NCBI RefSeq assembly: GCF_000143415.4
Contig: NW_003314293.1
Span: forward strand, 124,001 to 188,000
Direction of reading: 5' to 3'
Source of the DNA: Selaginella moellendorffii
Lineage: Eukaryota > Plantae > Lycopodiophyta
Length of the DNA: 64,000 nucleotides
Part shown: positions 37,201 through 50,300 of the stretch, piece by piece
Numbering within the stretch: position 1 is the first letter of the stretch
Layout of the letters: every line of letters begins with the position of its first letter
Notes under the pieces: generated by a model
Databases searched by the model: none
Told to the model about the DNA's origin: nothing
Seen by the model: only the letters and a program-made list of their open reading frames with translations
Position numbers and translations under genes: made by a program

Positions 37201-38489
37201 TCATCTTCAACAATCAATCCAATCATTCAACTATATTGTCTTTATAACAAGAGAGGAAAAATTGTCCAGCCAGTCAATTCAAATATGTCTAATTGTTCAT
37301 TTAGAACACTTTTCAATAATCATTTCATTTGAAGCATAAAACTTAGGGTTTAAGGTAAGGACTCACATTTCATCAATAACATTAAACTTCATTTGGCTAT
37401 ATTTTATGTGCCATGCTAGTTTTAATGTTTAGATTCTAGATGCTTTAGAACTATTATAATATTTTTCTACACTCCTTAGCCATATACCTGGGACTTCAAT
37501 CCCTTTATTTAATGGTTCAAGACCTTTAAAACTTTGTTACATTTAGCATATATGTGGAAGTGTTAGGTCTTGCTTCATGGTTAGCTTATAATAATTCACT
37601 ATAGTATAAAGTCAAAACCTCATGCATTACAAATATGATAGCTTACTCCTTGTTAACTTGAATAATAAAAATCAAGTGAATCATATTTAATGGAAGCATT
37701 GGTAAGAGAGTATAAGAGTTTAAATTACTATATTGCCTTGATCCAAACATGAAGATAGTTACTCCCTTAGTGTAATGCATAAGTACTCACAAATGTTAGT
37801 TTTTATGTAAGTGACTATAAGTCAGTAATAGGAGGCTTATATCCAACAGAAAGTAAGAACACATATGAGTGGAAGAAAAGATTTTAAGTGGATCTTTGAC
37901 TATATCTATGGCTTATTTATGGCTCTAGTAATAGGCTCTCTTAGCTAGTTTCTTGCAAGTGCTATAATAATTATACTTTTGAACAAGACATAAGTGTACA
38001 TTTTGCCAATATTCCATATGGACTAAATATATATTACTCAAGTCTCTTGAGCACAAAAGTTGCAGCACTACTTATAGAAGAAAAAACTATCATAAAGTGT
38101 TTTTCCACTTGGTTACCAAAATATTAAGCTATTTTCTATTGATTAACTTCTTGAAAGTCATATCATAATAACTTCCTTACCTTAAGTCATTCAACATTAA
38201 TCACTAAAATATGCATCTTACTTTTTGGGATACTCTAAACTACTTCAATATATGAAAGAAGGGTTTTATATAAACCCAATGAGGCTTTATGTTAAACCAA
38301 CTATAACACATGTGCTAATGGGATGCAACTCTAACCCCTTCATTATTTTGTAATAGATTTTGAAAATGAAATAGTTTTTGGGCAAAATAATCAACAAATC
38401 AACCATTAGAAAACTTCATGAAAATTTGTGGAATATTTTTCGTCTTAAACAAAAAATCACTTTTAGTCTAGGATTGCAAATTCTCAATA

Positions 38490-39480
38490 CTCAACCAACT
38501 TCTTCTTATCTACAACTTCACATAGATTCCCTTCCATATAAATTATATAATGCTTAAGGTTGTTCGACACCTAACAACAACATCTACAAATGTTAACGAA
38601 AAATCCAAATTTTGATTAAATGCCACTTCCACTAATACAGATGCTAACAATATCAATGCTTCAATTACATACCTTCTCAATCTACTCCAAATGTTAATGG
38701 ATTTAACAATAATCTGTAGTAAGTGAATGCTACAACTTTTCCAAAATCTCAATGAATAACGTCTCAAGGAACAAGATACTAATATAAGTTTAGTATAAAG
38801 GATCATTTCTAAGAATTGAGTCAAAGCTATTATTTATAAATAGATTATCTTTACTATCAACCACTTTGGGATTAATCATTGTAAGCCACTTAGGCTTTAA
38901 GCCTTTGAATGAAGGGACAGAGCTAAAACCTTAAGCATATAACCAGAGCATAGAGTAACTCTTAAATATAAAGCTAAAAGTGAATAAGCAGAAGTATGGA
39001 CTGACATTAGAATAGTTATAGAGCATCTAACATCCTAACGCCAAGACTAACATGCAAAATAGAGTCAAATAGAATTTAATGCTATTTCAGTATATCAATA
39101 GTTTAACTCAAGGATATGGGTATTCTACTAGATAACATAACATGGAGCTTGGGCTTAAACCCAAGCTAGATATAAAACAAGGACAAACACAATCAATAGA
39201 AAGTTAGATAATGTTTTAAGTTGGTCGACAACATAACCATTATCTCACTAGCAAATTTAAGCAATAACCATTGGGACCAAATGAGACCAACACATGGGGA
39301 ATGATAGCGATGATGTCTTAGTAAACATAATAAATTATCATTTAGCAATGAAAGACTAAGCTTAATATCATGGGGCTTCCTAACATTAGCAAGTACAAAT
39401 AAACATGTGAGTTTCTCATTTCGAGTTGAGTATGCTCAACAAAAAATGCATAAAAGTTTCTACCTTATGTTTATTTAGTA
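38490..39480. mobile_element. Old fragments of family-B internal and LTR sequence
   Basis: Decayed matches to 49370-49950 and to the family-B LTR (CATGGAGCTTGGGCTTAAACCCAAGC). Confidence 0.55.
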
Positions 39481-39630
39481 TATATATTATCACCATAAAT
39501 CCTTAGAACTTTAGGGGATATAGAAAAATAAAATAGCCCCTAAAAGCTTTCTTATCAAGCAATTGCCCTTTTTCCAATTAGTTTAAGGAGAGAGAAATAG
39601 AATGTACTATATGTGGTATTGGAGGGTTCA

Positions 39631-39900
39631 ATTCCCATTTATTAGTGGCTAACTAAAATATAATATACCCATTAAGCAAAATATATTTTTATATTTTTAA
39701 GATATCCACTATGGATTGCAGTACAAGTTAATTCCCATTGATTAATGGCTACTTAAAATATAATATACCCTTGAGCAAGGTATATTCTTATATTTCTAAG
39801 GTATCTATTCACCCTATTGATTAATGGCTACTTAAAATATAATATACCCTTGAGCAATATATATTCCTATATTTCTAAGGTATCTATTATGGGACTGTAG
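39631..39900. repeat. Three ~80-100 bp tandem repeats (ATTAATGGCTACTTAAAATATAATATACCC core)
   Basis: The core recurs at ~39641, 39741 and 39820. Confidence 0.8.
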
Positions 39901-40870
39901 ACTATATGGAATAGCTAGTTTATATAATGGAAAGATTAGTAAATTTAGTATGAAAATTATACATAATGGAAAGATTGGTAGATTCAGCAAAACAATTGGT
40001 AAATTCAATATAGAAATTCTATACAATAACTCATAATGGAAATATGTGAGGAATAGCTAGTCTATATAATAGAAATATTGATAAATTCAACGTGGGAAAT
40101 TCTACATAATGAAAGATTAGTAGATTTAGTGTAGAAAGATTAGTAAATTCAATGTGGAAGTTCTACACAATAACTCATAATGGAAATATTGGTAAATTCA
40201 GTGTAGAAATTTTATACAATGGAAAAATTGGTAAATTCAATGTGGAAGTTCTACACGATAACTAGTTTCTTCACATGGAATAGTTTATCTACATAATAGA
40301 AAGATTGATAAATTTAGTATGGAAATTTTACACAATGGAAAGATTAGTAGATTTAATGTGGAAATAAAGATGTTGATTCTTCTTGATTCAATTGTTAATG
40401 AAGATATTGACATTTCTAAAGGAGTTTCCTCACATAGGGATTACAGACTAGTTTCCTCATATAATGGTTTATATAATGGAAAGATTGGTAAATTTAGTGT
40501 GGCAATTTTACACAATGACTAGTTTCTTCATATGAAATAACTAGTCTATATAATGGAAAGATTAGTAGATTGAGTGTAGAAATTCTACATAATGGAAAAA
40601 TTGGTAGATTCAATATGGAAATAAAAGTGCTAATTCTTCTTAGTTTAATAATTAATAAGAACATTGGCATCTCTAGAGGGGGAGGGGGTTGAGTGCGCTA
40701 ACTAGTTTCTTCATATAGGGGGGTGAATGTGTTAATTAGTTTCCTCACATGAAATAGTTAGTTTATATAATAAAAAGATTGGTAAATTTAATGTAGAAAT
40801 GAAAATGTTAAAATTGGTAGATTCAGTGTGGAAATAAATGTGTTAGTTCCTCTTAGCTCAATTGTCAATG
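39900..40870. repeat. Degenerate ~39-bp minisatellite (ATAATGGAAAGATTGGTAAATTCAATGTGGAAATTCTAC)
   Basis: More than ten variant copies, interspersed with ACTAGTTTCYTCAYAT motifs. Confidence 0.85.
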
Positions 40871-41327
40871 AGGACATTCATGTAATGCATGTGATTTTTA
40901 CCATTTATCATATGGTGGTTTACCATAGGATAACCATATAATGGAACTTTAACCCTCCACATACCATATACAATATACTACATGTCCAAAGATAGTTGAA
41001 AGGACATATAAGTTCTACATTCAGGAGTCATTCTATGTTTTATTTCCTTTGTTTCTAGATTCTATGCTTAGAAGTTTGGTTCTATCCCTTTATTCAGTGG
41101 AGCTGCAGCTCTCTTGAGAGCCTTACTCTCTTGACACCCTACCCCTCGGGTTGAGCCTAGCAGGAGTACCAGATGTCAATTAACATGTGGTGTGATTCCC
41201 TTAGCCAACCAACAGAGTCGAACTTAAGACGTCTTTGATACCAAATGTAAGCTCCGGAGTTTAGACTTCCTGGGAGGTCATTTAGCCCAGTACTATTCAA
41301 ACCCAAGGACACTTAACCCCAAATATC

Positions 41328-44300
41328 TGTAGCGCACGTGGTTTTGACCCTTTATCCTATGGTGATTTACCATAGGATAACACCACGAAGCGGAACCTAA
41401 ACCCTCTTTGTGCCACGTGACAGATGCCACGTGTCCATGCCACGTGTCCTTAGGAACCCGAGGTTCAGAGCCTTGGGCCACTGAACGAAGGAACGGTGCC
41501 AAACTCCCAAGCGTGACGCCAAGGAGTGGTGCGGAGCAACTCCCGAGCATATAGCCCAAGGAGCGAAGGGACAGAGGCCCGGAGCGACTTGGAACAGTCC
41601 TAGAGCAACCAGCATCCCAATGCCAGGACCAGCACGCAAAACGGAGCCAAACGGAGTTTGGCGCTATTTCAGCATACCGGTGGCCTAACGTGAGGATATG
41701 GGTACTCCACCAGCTAGCATGGAATGGAACTTGGGCTTAGACCCAAGCCGGACGCAGAACAAGGACAGGCACGCAAGCGGGAGCTAGACTATGCCTCAGG
41801 TTGGTCGGCCATGCCCGACCTACCCACTATCCCTACTATACATTTGGAACCCCCCACAACCCCCCCCCCCCTTGAGGAACACACGCTTTGGGCTTTCACC
41901 CCAAGCCTCCCTTAGTATCAGGAGTTAGTCTCTGGGACAAGCTTGAAACTTACTAAATATGGAATGTCCTTAGAATGCGAATTTGGACACGGGACAAACA
42001 CCATTGTGTTCAGGCCGATCTCTACATTCCGTAGATATGCCAAATGAGCAAATCTAAACACTTTCCATAAATAGCATTTGGGACCGAAATGAGACTAACA
42101 CAAAGGGCATGATAGCGAGGGTGTTTGGCAGACACGGTAAGCTATCATCTAGCGATGTTGAGGGACCAATCTTAATATCGCGGGGGTTCCCAACACTAGC
42201 AAGTGCAAGCCAACATCATGAGTTTCTCATCACCGTGTCAAGTCTGCTTGACTTAATGACAACTTAGGATTTCCTTCCTTAGTGCCCTTCCGGTCTAAGT
42301 GCACATGTGTTGACCAGTTTCTCAACTAGCTTAGGCGGAGACTAATAACGGGTCCAGCAATATCGACCTCCTGCCATCGTGGCAGTAAGAAAGAATATCC
42401 GAAAGGACTAGCCGACAGGTAACTTTCGATACCTAAAGTCACATTCGTGACACTCTCCCCCCCTTGGGAAGATCGACGTCCTCGTCGATGCATACTCGAG
42501 TCTAGAAGACCGTCAAGGAAACAACTCCAGAAAAAGTTCACGGAATTCACACTATATGAGAAATGCACCAACTTAAATGAGTTAGGGAGCAACCTCTTTG
42601 TCTAATGCGGATGCGCTACCAGCTCAGACACCTTCCGGCCGTCGCCGACAAGGAAATGACCAACGGAATCAGCCACCCTTGCTGCATTGGGTGTCACCCA
42701 GCTACAAAAGTGTGATATGCCCTGCCCGCAGAGACATAGAGAGAGAAGCTAGAGGCCCCAACCCTCCTGAGCAAAGAAACCAAACCCGTCGGTAAGGTTT
42801 AGATAGACTACTGTCAACAGGCAGTTTAGAGTTGTTTACACGGTCACGCCCTTTCACGGAACAAGGAACATCGACAGAGAGGCGGGTTATGTGACCAGTC
42901 GACAGTAGCTACCCCATGACTAGAGATTTCACCATGCACACGAAGTGCCGAAGCCAGTCTGCCTATACTGGCCCAAACTCAAAGATCAATATATATGGAC
43001 TATATAAAAGTCATAAACAATGATATCTTAGAGATTTAATGATCATCCGATAAACTAGTATTATAGTATAAGAACCACCAAGATCACTATCATTGGAAAA
43101 CATAGGATTCACCATCTAACAAAATTCAATAGCAAGTATATCATCAAGTAAACTCAATGATAAAACTTAACTACCGAAAATGGCTAATAGCATGCCAAAT
43201 AACTCATAAAACACAACTCAAAGAACACAAAGTATCATTGACTAACAAGCACAATGCTCGTGAATGTATCACCCGAAGGAATAACATCCTAATCTATCAA
43301 AACTAACTCGAGCAACAATCAACAGAAGAAAATGAATGTGGTAAGACCAACAAACACTCATTCCTGCCAACTATCACAAAAGCCAATCTGAATAGATCCC
43401 AGCCAACAATACCAAGGAACTCAAGTTGCCTAAGCAAGTGTCAGCAACATCCTACTGACGTCTCAAACCCAAGAGACCAATCCAGAGCAAACCACAAAGA
43501 ACATGTGGTATTGCCAAAAGCCAAAAGCTATCAAAGAGAACAACTAACTATCATGAAAGATCGTCAATCAGCCCATCAATGTAGTGATGTATAATCATCG
43601 TTGAAGAAAGAATCTACCATCCCGAAGAATAGCAAATAATTCCAAACCAACAATAATCAAGCAAAACTTGTGATAAGGACAATCAACTACCCTAGATGAT
43701 AGTCAATCATCACCAATGATTGCCAGATGCAAAAACAAACTTCAACATCGAAGCTAATGAGCCAAAATGCCTTCCCCAACAACTTCTAACAAATGGAACA
43801 ATGAGCACAAAACTCAAGAACCAAAAGCTCGAAGAAGCCTATAACTAAGTCTTGCCTAATAATGATCACGAGTCTCATAGAAGTTAACTTCAATGCTAAA
43901 GAATAAATCATGGTGCAACTCACAATATCTTCTTCAACACATTCATAAGCCAAACTTCATAATGCCAAAGCTAATGAAGAACATTTCTGCATCAATCCAA
44001 AAGCTAAGCATAACGAAGCTATGCTTAACAAGTGATCATCAAACGATCCTCCATGAATCCATCTATAGCAAGACGTAACTCACTTCATAACAAGCTCAAA
44101 AAGAATCATTAATGATTGCTATATTCCGAACTCAAATCCAGCAAGGACTCAACATTCTAATATCGATCACTAACTCTTCTTCTCGTAGAGTTAGCATAGT
44201 CCACGACTAAATCACTTTTCAAGGAAAAGCTAAAGCTCAACCCTCATCTAGACCCAAACACTAAACTCACGTCATCGAGTCATACACTTGTCCAACATGA

Positions 44301-47300
44301 ACGTGATACCTTCGGTATGAGATAAAAGTTCATTGACAAGCACAAACTAAATGACCACTCGAATCCAACTCAACTGCAATAAGCTCACCAATGCATTTAG
44401 CCAATAGCTCTGAGCATGCTTTGAAGAGGCTAGCTATGCATGATCAACACTTAGCTGAAACTAAAGTGAAGACCATGAGATGGATCTATATTGGTACACA
44501 ACCTCCTCATAGACAAAGCTATAGTATGGGTACCAACATCTCAAACTCAAACAACTAAGTTGGACATCACCATCCTCAGCCAAGGCGCAAGGCCACCAAG
44601 ACCAAGTCAAGATCAGTGAGAGCTCACTACTCTCATAGAGTCTAATGAAATGCAAGGTGCAACCTACCACCAAGCAGAACACTATAGAAGACAGGCACAA
44701 GGGTCACCTTTCTTAGAAAAGCGCAACGGCCACTTTTCTACACCAACTCCAGACTCTATCCAACTCAATTGCCTTAGCCCCAAAAGTCAGCATCCCTTTC
44801 GGGTTGCATCATACAAACTACCTACCAAGGTCTAAGTTAACCGAAGTCAACTCCAACCCCTTCACTAGTTTGTACTGGCTTTCGAAAACAGAATGGTTTT
44901 CGGACAAAATGATCAATAGACCAGCCATTGGAAAAGTCTAAGAAAATTTGTGGAAAATTTCCCATCCTACATGTAGCGCACGTGGTTTTGACCCTTTATC
45001 CTATGGTGATTTACCATAGGATAACACCACGAAGCGGAACCTAAACCCTCTTTGTGCCACGTGACAGATGCCACGTGTCACATGCCACGTGTCCATAGGA
45101 ACCCGAGGTTCAGGGCCTTGGGCCACTGAACGAAGGAACGGTGCCAAACTCCCAAGCGTGGAGCAAAGGAGTGATGGAACCGGACCACAAAGCAACTCCC
45201 GAGCATATAGCCCAAGGAGCGAAGGGACGGGAGCCCGGAGCGACTTGAAACAGTCCTGGAGCGACCAACATCCCAATGCCAGGACCAGCACGCAAAACGG
45301 AGCCAAATAGAGTCTAGCACTATTTCGGCATACCGGTGGCCTAACGCAAGGATATGGGTACTCCACCAGCTAGCATGGAATGGAACTTAGGCTTAGACCC
45401 AAGCCGGACGCAGAACAAGGACAGGCACGCAAGCGGGAGCTAGACTATGCCTCAGGTTGGTCGGCCATGCCCGACCTACCCACTATCCCTACTATACATT
45501 TGGAACCCCCTATAGCCCCCCCCCCTTGAGGAACACACGCTTTGGGCTTTCACCCCAAGCCTCCCTTAGTATCAGGAGTTAGTCTCTGGGACAAGCTCAA
45601 AACTTACTAAATATGGAATGTCCCTAGATTGCGAATTTGGACATGGGACGAACACCATTATGTTCAGGACGATCTCTACATTCCGTAGATATGCCAAATG
45701 AGCAAATCTGGACACTTTCCATAAATAGCATTAGGACCAAAATGAGATTAACACAAAGGGCATGATAGCGAGGGTGTTTGGCAGACACGGTAAGCTATCA
45801 TCTAGCGATGTTGAGGGACCAATCTCAATATCACGGGGGTTCTTGATACTAGCAAGTGCAAGCCAATGACTCAAGTTTCTCAAACTAGGCCGAGTATGCT
45901 CAGCAAGAAACACATAGGGTTCCTACCTTATGTTTATCCAATCTAAGTGCATGGTCATTGACCAGTTTCTCAACTAGCTCAAGTGGGAAACTGATAACGG
46001 GTCCAGCAATACCGACCTCCTGCCATCGTGGCAGTAAGGTAAGAGTGTCCGTAAGGACTAGCCGACAAGTAACTTTCGATACCCGAAGTCACATTCGCGA
46101 CACTCTCCCCCCCTTGGGAAGATCGACGTCCTCGTCGATGCATACTCTAGTCTAGAATACCGCCAAGGAAACAACTCCATAAAAAGTTCACGGTACTCAC
46201 ACTATGTGAGAAATGCACCAACTTAAATGAGTTAGGAGGCAACCTCTTTGTCTAACGCGGATGCGCTACCAGCTCAGACACCTTCCGGCCGTCGCCGACA
46301 AGGAAATGACCAACGGAGTCAGCCACCCTTGCTGCTCTGGGAGTCACCCAGCTTACAAAAGTGTGATATGCCCCTGCCCGCAGGAACATAGAGAGAGAAG
46401 CCAGAGGCTCCAACCCTCCTAAGCAAAGAAACCAAACCCGTCGGTAAGGTTTAGATAGACTACTGTCAACAGGCAGTTTAGAGTTGTTTACACGGTCACG
46501 CCCTTTCAACGGAATAAGGAACATCGACAAAGAGGCGGGTTATGTGACCAGTCGATAGTAGCTACCCCATGATTAGAGATTTCAACATGCACACGAAGTG
46601 CCGAAGCCAGTCTGCCTATACTGGCCCAAACTCAAAGATTAATACATGGACAATATCAAAGTCATAAACAATGATATTTTAGAGATTTAATTATCAGTGA
46701 ATAAAGCTTAGATTAGAACACAAAAGTATTCCAAGTAAGTTATCATCTGATAAACCAGTATTATAGTACAGGAACCACCAAGATCATCAAAATTGGTAAA
46801 TACAAGATTCACCATCCAAGAAAATTCAATAGCAAGTATATCATCAAGTAAACTCAATGACGAAATTTAACTATCGAAGATAGCAGACAGTAAGCTAACA
46901 ACTTACTAGAGATAACTCAAAGAACACAAAGTATCATTGACTAACAAGCACAATGCTCGCGAATGTATCACCCGAAGGAAATAACATCCAAATCTATCAA
47001 AACTAACTCGAGCAATAATCAACAGAAGAGAATGAATGTGGTAAAACCAACAAACACTCATGCCTGCCAACTATCACAAAAGCCAATTTGAATAGATCCC
47101 AGCCAACAATACCAAGGAACTCAAGTTGCCTAAGCAAGTGTCAGCAACATCCTACTGACGTCTTAAACCCAAGAAACCAGTCCAGAGAAAACCACAAAGA
47201 ACATGTGGTATTGCGAAAAGCCAAAAGCCATCAAAGAGAACAACCAACTATCATAAAAGATCGTTAATTAGCCCATCAATATAGGGATGTATAATTATTG

Positions 47301-50300
47301 TTGAAGAAAGAATCTACCATCCCGAAGAATAGCAAATAATTCCATACTAACAATAATCAAGCAAAACTTTTTGACATGGATAATTAATTATTCTAGATGA
47401 TAGTCAATCATCACCAATGATTGCTAGATGCAAATACTAACTTCAACATCGAAGCTAATGAGCCAAAATGCCTTCCCCAACAACTTCTAACAAATGGAAC
47501 AATGAGTATAAAACTCAAAGAACCAAAGCTCGAAGAAGCCTATAGCCAAGTCTTGCTTAATAATGATCACGAGTCTCATAGAAGCTAACTTCAATGCTAA
47601 AGAAGAAATCATGGTGCAACCCACAATGTCTTCTTCAACACATCTATAAGCCAAACTTCATAATGCCAAAGCTAATGAAGAGCATTTCTGCATCAATCCA
47701 AAAGCTAAGCACAATGGAGCTATGCTCAACAAGTGATCACTAAATGATCCTCCATGAATCCATCTATAGCAAAACGTAACTCACTTCATAGCAAGCACAA
47801 GAAGAATCATCAATGATTGATATATTTCAATTGAAATCCCATAAGGATTCAAAATATTCCAACATCGATCACTAACTCTCCCACTTGTAGAGTTAGTATA
47901 GTCCATGACTAAATCACTTTTCAAGGAAAAGCTCAAACCTCAACCCCTACTAAATAATCTCGTCTAGAACACAACTAACTCAACTTGCCACTCAGTTCAT
48001 TTGAACGTCAACACAGTTGCTAACTAGCAAATGCATGAATGCCAACAACACAAAGCTAAAGCCAAATTATCAACACTATTTTCATCAAGATTAATGAAAC
48101 TCAATATCAATCCTTGGAAGGATATCTCATTTCACTCAAATCTCAATATCAACAATGTCAACGACAAGGCATCACTTCAATGCCATCAACACCAAAACAA
48201 AGCTAGAAGAAAGCAAGANNNNNNNNNNNNNNNNNNNNNNNNNNNNNNNNNNNNNNNNNNNNNNNNNNNNNNNNNNNNNNNNNNNNNNNNNNNNNNNNNN
48301 NNNNNNNNNNNNNNNNNNNNNNNNNNNNNNNNNNNNNNNNNNNNNNNNNNNNNNGACTCAATGAAATCCAACACCACAGACTAAATGTAACCAAATGATA
48401 TCGACAGAGGTAGATTTGACATGTCAACATGGAAAACCCATGTATGTCTAACGACACGATCCTCCGCAACACCATCCGATAAAGCAAGCCCATCACTGCT
48501 AAATTATCATCGAGCAAAGCAAGTGTCAACAGTCCTTGATGAAGTCTACAAGTAATCACTAGTCGCAAAGCAACTAACAATCACTCCTCAACTTGCCTTC
48601 ACAAGACCCAAACACCAATGCTTGTCACCAAGTTATATACTCGTCCAACAAGAACGTGATACCCCAGGTACGAGATAAAAGTTCATAGACAAGCATAAAC
48701 TAAATGACCACTCGAATCCAACTCAACCGCAATAAGCTCACTCAAACATTAAGCCACTAGCTCTGAGAATGCCTTGAAGAGGCTAGCTATGCATGATCAA
48801 CACTCAGCCGAAACGAAAGTGAAGACCATGAGATGAACTCATATCGGTACACAACCTCCTCATAGACAAAGCTATAGTATGGGTACCAACATCTCAACCT
48901 CAAACAACTAAATTGGACATCACCATCCTCAGCCAAGGCGCAGGGCCACCAAGACCAAGTCAAGATCAGTGAGAGCTCACTACTCTCATAGAGTCTAACA
49001 TAATGCAAGGGGCAACCTGCCACCAAGCATAACGCTACAAAAGAAAGGTACAAGGGTCACCTTTCTGAGAAAAGTGCAACGGCCACTTTTCGATATCAAC
49101 TCTAGACTCTATCCAACTCAATTGTTTTAGCCTCAAAAGTCAGCATCCCTTTCGGGCCGCATTATACAAACTACCTATCAAGGTCTAAGTTAACTGAAGT
49201 CAACTCAACCCCTTCACTAGTTTGTACTGGCTTACGAAAACGGAATGGTTTTCGAGCAAAGTGACCGATAGATCAGCCATTGAAAAAGCCTAAGAAAATT
49301 TGTGGAAAACTTTCCATCCTAGAGAAAGAATGACTCTCAGTCCAGGAATGCAAACTTTCACGGCTCAAACAACTTCTTCCTACAAACAACTTCACATAGA
49401 TTCACCTCAACACAAATTCTCATGACCCATAATATGCTTAAGCATTGAACATCTTTGCCCATTTTTCCAATATCCAACACTAACATCCGCAAAGTGCAAA
49501 ATGAGCATCCAAGGCTTGATCACAAAGACCACATCATCGGATATCCACATTGCACTAACACTCTTCTTCAACCACCTTCAAGATCCAATGTGAAGCCAAA
49601 ACACTAACAAGAAAAATGACATGGAAAATCAAGCTCTAAGGAAAATTCCTCATCACTTGAATCAACAATGCCACTTCCACTAACACAAGTGCTAGCGATG
49701 TCAATGCATCAACCTCACACCTTCTCCATCCAATAATCTACTCCAAGTGCTAACGGATCAACAGATGAGCTATAGCAAATGAATGCTACAACCCATTCCC
49801 AACACCTTATGGGCAAACCCTCAAGGAAACAAGGTACCAACATAAGCTTAGCATAATGGACCACCAGTGAGAATCCAGTCAAAGCTACTATAATGCTACT
49901 TCGTGCAAGTAGACTAGCTTCTCCATCAACCACTTTGGGGTTGATCATCATTTACCCAAGCAACTTCGTAAACACATTGCTCATTATCACATGGATATGA
50001 TATAAATCACAATGACTTGATCATCAATTGAGTAACGCAATGAGCAAGGCTTATGTCATTATTTCAAACGTTCATGTGAATATCAAATGCCAACTCGATT
50101 CGACAAAATGCAACATAAATGCCACACTCCACCAATAGAGGTTTACGACACCCAACACCACTAACTTTTGTTCACAACACGGACAAGCTCATGCCACTCT
50201 CTTTCCGACCAAACTCAACACTAATCCAACACCAAGCTACTTCAAGGAGCAATAGCAAGGTTCCCCGGAAAAGAATTGAGCATTGCAACCCAAGTCTTCC

